DNA from: Candidatus Schneewindia gallinarum
Lineage (GTDB): Bacteria > Bacillota > Clostridia > Oscillospirales > Ruminococcaceae
DNA length: 64,000 bases
Assembly (NCBI GenBank): GCA_904420175.1
Contig: CAJFUF010000022.1
Coordinates: 2,974 to 66,973 of the forward strand
Reading direction: 5' to 3'
Shown here: in pieces, positions 58,774 through 64,000 of the stretch
Layout of the letters: each line of letters starts with the position of its first letter
How positions within the stretch are numbered: the stretch's first letter is position 1
The notes under the pieces: generated by a model
The model's database searches: none
Told to the model about the DNA's origin: nothing
The model's input: the letters and a program-made list of their open reading frames with translations, nothing else
Program-made: the position numbers and the translations under genes

Positions 58774-59466
58774 ATGATGAAAAACTACCGGGAGACCGAC
58801 CCGGAATTTGTGGAGCGCTTTGAGCACTTTGCCTTTGACGAAGTGGTGAACGAGCCCGGGCAGGGGCTGGAGCCCGTTACCCGGCACATGGCCATCCTGG
58901 CCACATTGCTTGGCTGCCAGGGAACGGACGCCTTCCAGGAGGAGCTGCCCGCCGCCCTGGACGCCGGTGTGACGCCGGTTATGGTAAAAGAAATTGTCTA
59001 TCAGGCTGTGGATTATTTGGGAATCGGCCGGGTCCTTCCCTTCCTGAAGGCCCTCGATGCCGTTTTAACGCAGCGCGGGGTCTCCCTTCCGCTGGAGGGG
59101 CAGGCCACGACCACCATGGAGAACCGGTTGGAAAAGGGCGTACAGGCCCAGGCGGACATCTTCGGCCCCCAGATGCTGGAGGCCTGGAAAGCCGGCCACA
59201 TCAACCGCTGGCTGGCCGCCAACTGCTTTGGGGACTACTACACCCGGACCGGCCTTACCCTTGCCCAGCGGGAAATGATCACGCTCTGCTTTCTTGCGGC
59301 CCAGGGCGGGTGTGAGCCCCAGCTGACAAGCCATGCGAAGGGCAACATGAATCTGGGCAACGACAGGGATTTTCTCATTCGTGTGGTATCCCAGTGCCTG
59401 CCCTACATCGGCTACCCCCGCAGCCTGAACGCCGTTGCCTGCATCAACAAGGCGGCAGAGGGCTAA
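58774..59466 (+). CDS. Carboxymuconolactone decarboxylase (CMD/AhpD-like) family protein
   Basis: 230 aa, two CMD-like halves (...LTLAQREMITLCFLAAQGGCEPQLTSHAKG...). Confidence 0.85.
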   Translation: MMKNYRETDPEFVERFEHFAFDEVVNEPGQGLEPVTRHMAILATLLGCQGTDAFQEELPAALDAGVTPVMVKEIVYQAVDYLGIGRVLPFLKALDAVLTQRGVSLPLEGQATTTMENRLEKGVQAQADIFGPQMLEAWKAGHINRWLAANCFGDYYTRTGLTLAQREMITLCFLAAQGGCEPQLTSHAKGNMNLGNDRDFLIRVVSQCLPYIGYPRSLNAVACINKAAEG

Positions 59467-59635
59467 GGCCCTTTCTGCCCGGGCCGCAGGAGGGGACGCA
59501 CTCCCTTCCTGCGGCCCGAACTGCAAAAGCCGGAATTTTCAGCGGGCACAGGCGGTCGCCAAAGCGGTCCCCTTCCAGACAGCCTGGCTTCCGGGCAGGG
59601 CCGTGAAGCCAGGCTGAAAGAAACCGTCATCTTTG

Positions 59636-59679
59636 AAAAAACCCGCGCCTTGGACATGGGCCCAAGGCGCGGGTTTTTT
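59636..59679. terminator. Strong bidirectional terminator
   Basis: AAAAAA-cccgcgccttgg-acatgggc-ccaaggcgcggg-TTTTTT. Confidence 0.85.
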
Positions 59680-59818
59680 CAGCGCTCCTTTCAAGCGCAC
59701 AGCGAAAGCAGGCCGCCGAAGCAGCCGGGCCGGTAATGCAGCCGCGCGCCGAAGTCCCCCGCCCGCTGTCTGCCGTGCGTTTTTCCCCGGGCGCGCCGGT
59801 TGTTCACTTTCTGCTTCC

Positions 59819-59890
59819 ATTATAAGTACGGACAGGCGTAATGTCTAATACCTATTATAAATACATAGAAATACGGTTTAAGCATTTATC
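59819..59890 (-). promoter_or_regulatory. Promoter P_C with conserved upstream box, no gene downstream
   Basis: Minus strand: TAGACA (59847-59842), 17 nt, TATAAT (59824-59819); upstream TAAATGCTTAAACCGTATTTCTATGTATTTATAATAGGTAT. Confidence 0.65.
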
Positions 59891-59994
59891 ATCCCAGCAA
59901 AATGCGGCTGCCCTGCCGCGCTTTCCCGCCGGCTTCAAGGGCGGCCGCTTGCCGCCGGCCTTCCTCCCCTTCCGCCGGAAATTGCAGCACACCG

Positions 59995-60034
59995 TAAAAA
60001 AGCAAGGGCAGGAAGCGCCGGCTTCCTGCCCTTG
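59995..60034 (-). terminator. Terminator of the surface-protein gene
   Basis: caagggcaggaagc/gcttcctgcccttg stem followed on the minus strand by CTTTTTT. Confidence 0.8.
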
Positions 60035-60094
60035 TTCTTGTTTCCTTATTCAAAATCCGTCAGAACTGCGGAAAGGCCGCGCTTTTCCGTCGGG

Positions 60095-62505
60095 TTAAAC
60101 CCGCTTTCTGCCCTTTTTGTACGCGAAGCCTGCTCCGGCAAGGCCCGCCGCACTGGTGCACAGAAGAACCGCCCAGGAAAGCAGGTTCCTGCTGTCGCCG
60201 GTCTGCGCAACACCTTCTCCGGGGTTTGTTCCTCCGTTGTCACCCGTATCGGAGCCGTCTGCCGGGGTGTCCTGCGCCGTAATGGTAAATTCCAGCGCCT
60301 CGATTCCATAGCTTGCCCCATCCTGTGAATCAAAGGTGAACAGAACCCGGTACTGGCCCGGGTCAACCGGTGCCGAGGAAATATCGCGGTAGGCCCCTTC
60401 GCTTTTTACCTGATAGGTCACCGCTATCTTCCCGGTGTACCCCGCCGCCGCGGCAGTTCCGGTGTAGCCTGTGTGGGCGCTGCCGTCATACTGCGCATCC
60501 TGTGCCGTCACACCGGTGATTGCAAGTCTTTCCGGGCTGCGGTACTCCCGCATGAGGGTCCCGTTTGCCAGATGGATCTGCACACGGTATTGTACGCCGC
60601 TTTCAAAGTCCGGCACTGTATAGGACGCATTGGTGGCCCCGCTGATATCGGCATATACCCCGTAGCTTACCTGTGTGGCCTGCGCATCTAACGTCAGCAC
60701 ATCTTGCATCGAAAAAATTTCCAGTGTGTATGTCCCTGCGGGCAATTCGGGGAACACAACGGTTTCGTAACCGGACATGGCCTCATCCACCTGGATTTCC
60801 TCCCCAAAATAATCGGGGCCTATTAAATAGTACCAAAAGCTGCAAGGGCCGGACGCCTGATACCGGAACGCGATGGTTCCTCCCTCCGGCACGTCTCGGT
60901 AAGTGTAGGATTGGTAATAACCGTCGTCATGGCTTTCACTCGGCGCAATGGAAAGTGCAGTTTTGGTCTCCATCTTCTGCCACTGCCAGGACATTCCTTC
61001 CGCGTCGGCACTTGCTTCCGCCTGCAGCGTCAGATCCGCTTTGACGTCCGGGCCTGATGTATCGAACTGCACCTTCCCGCTGACACTGCCGACTGTAATG
61101 GTGCGCTGCGCCCCACAGATGCTGCAGTTTTGCATAAATGCATCGTTTTCAGTCCATGTGCTGTAAGAATGGGCTGCCGTGGCCTTCTCATACTGGCAGA
61201 TACTGCAGTACTCGGTATGGGTTCCGTCCCCATTGTTGCGATAGTTTCCAGAGTCATGTGCCATCCGCACGGTTTCCCCGCAGCCGCACTTTCCCTCATG
61301 CTCCTCTGCATTGACAGCCGTTCCGCTGGACAGGTGATGGACGACGGTTCCAGAGCCTGTGACCGTTCCACGGTTGTCCAACCCACCATTGTGTATAAAC
61401 GTCCCATTGTTGGTCAGTATGACGCCGCTTTCGATAACCAGCGTTGTCCCCTTCGGAATCTCTAATGTTGTGCCGGCTGCAATGGTGTAATCGTTGTCCA
61501 AAACAGCGATCCCATCATTGTCCTTGTCCCCATAAATGGATGTTGCCTTTGCCTGTGCGTCTGTAATCATGCAATTGCTGAAGTCCGAGGGATCGGCGGC
61601 GTTCCTGCCGCCGCCACCTCCAATGGCGTTGGCATTTCCGTTACCGGCGCTTCCATTCCGATAGGTACCCTTCGCCGTAATGGTCCCGCCTGTTATCACA
61701 ATTTTTTCCAGAAGGCCGTCGTGTCCGCCGCCGCCAATTCCGGCCGCACCGTTTGCACCCGCCTCAGCGTAAATCACACCGCCGGTGATGACAATTTCCT
61801 TTGCCGAGGAGGAGTTTCCCCCTCCACCGATGCCCGCACCGGCACCATATTCTCCTGTGCCGCCGGTCGCAGTAACATCGCCCCCGTTTATTGTGATGGT
61901 TCCTTCTGCCCTAGCGCGGTCTCCACTGCCGATTCCGGCGCCGCCTCCAGCAGCTCCGACACCATTTGAGCCGGTCGCTATAATTTCCCCGCCGTTTATT
62001 GTGATCGCACCGTTGGACTCCCATACGTTGCCTCCAATGCCCGCATACCCTGCGGAGGAGGCGGTGGCAGTCAGCGCACCCATCGTGTCCCCGGCCGACT
62101 GGGCATAGTCAGGCTGCTGCCGCTTGCCACACGGATGCCGCCGCCCACCGTGAGGGTGGCACCGTTCACCAGAATCAGATGGACATCGCCGTTTACCGTG
62201 ACCCTTCCCGAAAGCGTCTGCGTACTGCTGGCAACATACCAGGTACTCTGCCCTGCTGTGCCCCAGGTAAGCATTCCGCTTCCAATTTCCGTGTATGTGT
62301 CGCAGCTCGCCTGCTGCCCGTTTTCATCAAGGTAGGGGATACCCGTTCCCGCATTGTTTTGGGGTGCAGGCACGCCCGTTATGGACAGGGATGCCAGCCC
62401 GGCGGCAATTTCAGCGCCTGTGGCCGATGCCGCAGGGGAAAGAACCCCCAGCAGAACTGCCATGGCCAGCCCCATACAGCAAAGCTTTCTTATCTTTTTT
62501 CTCAT
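60095..62505 (-). pseudogene. Sortase-anchored Gly-rich beta-helix-like surface protein, split by a 1-nt frameshift near 62105-62110
   Basis: ORF 62071-62505 has SD, signal peptide MRKKIRKLCCMGLAMAVLLGVLSPAASA and the N-domain. The reading frame of ORF 60095-62083 is open upstream of its ATG and continues the sequence (..SSLT / YAQSAGDTMGALTATASSAGYAGIGG..). C-terminus VAQTGD, then a hydrophobic helix and KKGRKRV sorting signal. Confidence 0.6.
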
Positions 62506-62719
62506 AATTTTCCTTCCTCCCAGGCAGTCAAAAATAAATTTAAAAAAGGTTGCCGCAAGCGGTGGGAAGCTTGCGGCGGTGTGGTGCGGGCGACAGGACT
62601 TGAAACAGCCTACCCACATTTCGCCACCTTTTACGAAACGCCACGAAGCTAGTGTTTATGCGGGTTTGTGGCGTTATTGCTTTCATCGGCTTCCATGAGC
62701 TTTTGCCGAATTTCACGAA

Positions 62720-62741
62720 AATAAAGACCAAATAAAGACCA
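62720..62741. repeat. Perfect tandem duplication of an 11-mer next to the integrase stop
   Basis: aataaagacca aataaagacca (62720-62730, 62731-62741). Confidence 0.9.
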
Positions 62742-62745
62742 GAAA

Positions 62746-63933
62746 TCAGGCACGTTTCTTCTGGTTCAGGACAATATCAAGGGCTTCCGCCGCCGCTGCG
62801 TCTGCGCTTTGCAGCTGTTCTGCGTAGATGTTCATTGTGGTGCTGGTCTGGCTGTGTCCCAGCCGGGCTGATACCGTCCGCACACTTACCCCCTGCTGTA
62901 TCAGCAAAGTGGCGTTTGTATGCCGCAGGGAGTGCAGCGACACCTCCGGCAATCCTGCCCGCTTCAATATCTTTTTCAGGCGGTGCAGTGGAACGCTAAC
63001 AGGCATAGGCTTCCCGTCTTGTCCTGTGAACAGGCGCGGGTGCTTTGTCCAGTCTCCGTCCCACCTGTCCCCCAGCTGTAGCTTTTGCTCTGCCTGCGCG
63101 GCCCGGTATTCCCGGAGCATGTCCACAATCCCCTGTGATACCTTCATACTTCGCCGGGAAAGCTCCGTCTTTGTCGTGTCGGTGTAAAGCCCCAGCTGCC
63201 CATCATATTGCGAAGTGCGCCGCACAGAGATAACGCCAGTGTCAAAGTCTATGTCCGGCCACTCAAGCCCCAGCAACTCCCCGCGTCTCATTCCCGTATA
63301 AATGGCAAGGGTAAAGAAAACCCTGTCCTGTATCAGCTCGTTGTCCAAAGCTGCCAGAAAAGCCGCCGTCTGTACGTCATCCAGATATTGCAGGGCTGGC
63401 CTTTTCACTTTCGGCGGGTCAACCTGCCTGCATGGGTTCTGTGGTATCATCTGCCACTTAACCGCCCGCTCCATGACGGATGAAATGAATGTGTGATAAT
63501 GCTGTATCGACTTTTGAGAGAGGCCCCCGCCCGTCCGCTGGTTCGCACCCGGAGCGGCAAGCTGCTTGTAAAAAGCCAAAAGGTGCCGGGGCTGCAACCG
63601 GTCAATGCGGATATGCCCAATCGCAGGGTATATCCTTTTGGTTAGCTTCTCATATTCCCGATAGGTGCGGGCGCGATAGTGCGTATATGCGAAGTCCTTG
63701 AACCACATTTCAGCGAAGTCCTGAAACTTCATGTCACTTGCGGCATACTGTCCGCTATGTACCTTCTCTTCAAAAAGAACCGCCTGCCGCTCCAGTTCCT
63801 TCTCCGTCTGCCGCTCCGTCATGCCCGGAGAGGGCCGCCATGTCATGGAGCGGATTATCTGCTTCCCCTCCGCGTCATACCCTGCGGAAACCCTTATTCT
63901 GTAGGTATCTCCCCGCTTCTGGATTGTCGACAT
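62746..63933 (-). CDS. Tyrosine-type site-specific recombinase/integrase
   Basis: 395 aa, MSTIQKRGDTYRIRVSAGYD... SAM-like N-domain, catalytic ...TGMRRGELLGL..., ...HSLRHTNATLL..., ...GHSQTSTTMNIY. Confidence 0.93.
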   Translation of the reverse strand: MSTIQKRGDTYRIRVSAGYDAEGKQIIRSMTWRPSPGMTERQTEKELERQAVLFEEKVHSGQYAASDMKFQDFAEMWFKDFAYTHYRARTYREYEKLTKRIYPAIGHIRIDRLQPRHLLAFYKQLAAPGANQRTGGGLSQKSIQHYHTFISSVMERAVKWQMIPQNPCRQVDPPKVKRPALQYLDDVQTAAFLAALDNELIQDRVFFTLAIYTGMRRGELLGLEWPDIDFDTGVISVRRTSQYDGQLGLYTDTTKTELSRRSMKVSQGIVDMLREYRAAQAEQKLQLGDRWDGDWTKHPRLFTGQDGKPMPVSVPLHRLKKILKRAGLPEVSLHSLRHTNATLLIQQGVSVRTVSARLGHSQTSTTMNIYAEQLQSADAAAAEALDIVLNQKKRA

Positions 63934-64000
63934 ATCCTCCCCTCCTTTTTGCTATAAAGGCCGTCCCGTCTGTTTCCGAGGCGGCCCTTTTATTTTATGC

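Larger units (their letters stand above)
62620..64000. mobile_element. Left end of an integrative element (ICE/prophage) that continues beyond the window
   Basis: Integrase reads toward 62746; exact junction not determinable, expected between 62620 and 62745. Confidence 0.55.

Overview
GC-rich Clostridia-like chromosomal segment (GC judged by eye, not computed). Many long antisense ORFs in the track are composition artefacts.

- **1-18.3 kb, core genes.** On the minus strand: rpsG (partial)-rpsL-rpoC-rpoB, a consensus rpoB promoter, then rrf2-sigA-dnaG-dgt-like-yigZ and rpmE. On the plus strand: a ComM/YifB-like gene, an NPP-type phosphodiesterase and an MFS transporter.
- **18.3-20.9 kb.** About 460 nt of unexplained structured non-coding DNA. 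Then a tRNA-Gln(CUG)/tRNA-Pro(CGG) pair with a consensus promoter and terminator. Then degenerate repeats, a small TTG-initiated ORF, an MGMT-family gene and a GNAT.
- **20.9-33.5 kb, most interesting.** A compact phage-derived island. An XRE/ImmA switch faces one tightly coupled operon: Cys-rich mini-proteins, a tiny TerS-sized protein, TerL, portal, scaffold, an N4-gp56-type capsid, unassigned tail-like proteins, a collagen-like fibre, a GH25-LysM endolysin and a holin. I can find no integrase, replication, protease or long-tail genes. It is a candidate domesticated podovirus-like or GTA-like particle system, or otherwise a prophage remnant.
- **33.5-51 kb, housekeeping and salvage.** Two nucleoside hydrolases, Crp/Fnr, pyrE, FtsW/RodA, upp, rpiB, tsaB, tsaE, fhs behind a long structured leader, HAD hydrolases, an M20 peptidase, a thioredoxin-like gene and a fused MacB-like ABC transporter. 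There is also an orphan promoter-terminator unit (candidate sRNA) near 47.8 kb.
- **51-59.9 kb, LysR/MerR redox island.** It has two exported lipoproteins (flavodoxin, cyclophilin-like), a multi-His DUF4405 membrane protein, an Isf-like flavoprotein, a flavin reductase, an AKR, a cupin and a CMD protein. It is driven by four look-alike promoters that share an upstream box. One of them drives only an orphan ~175-nt transcript.
- **60-64 kb.** A frameshifted sortase-anchored surface protein, then a tyrosine integrase marking the edge of another integrative element that leaves the window.
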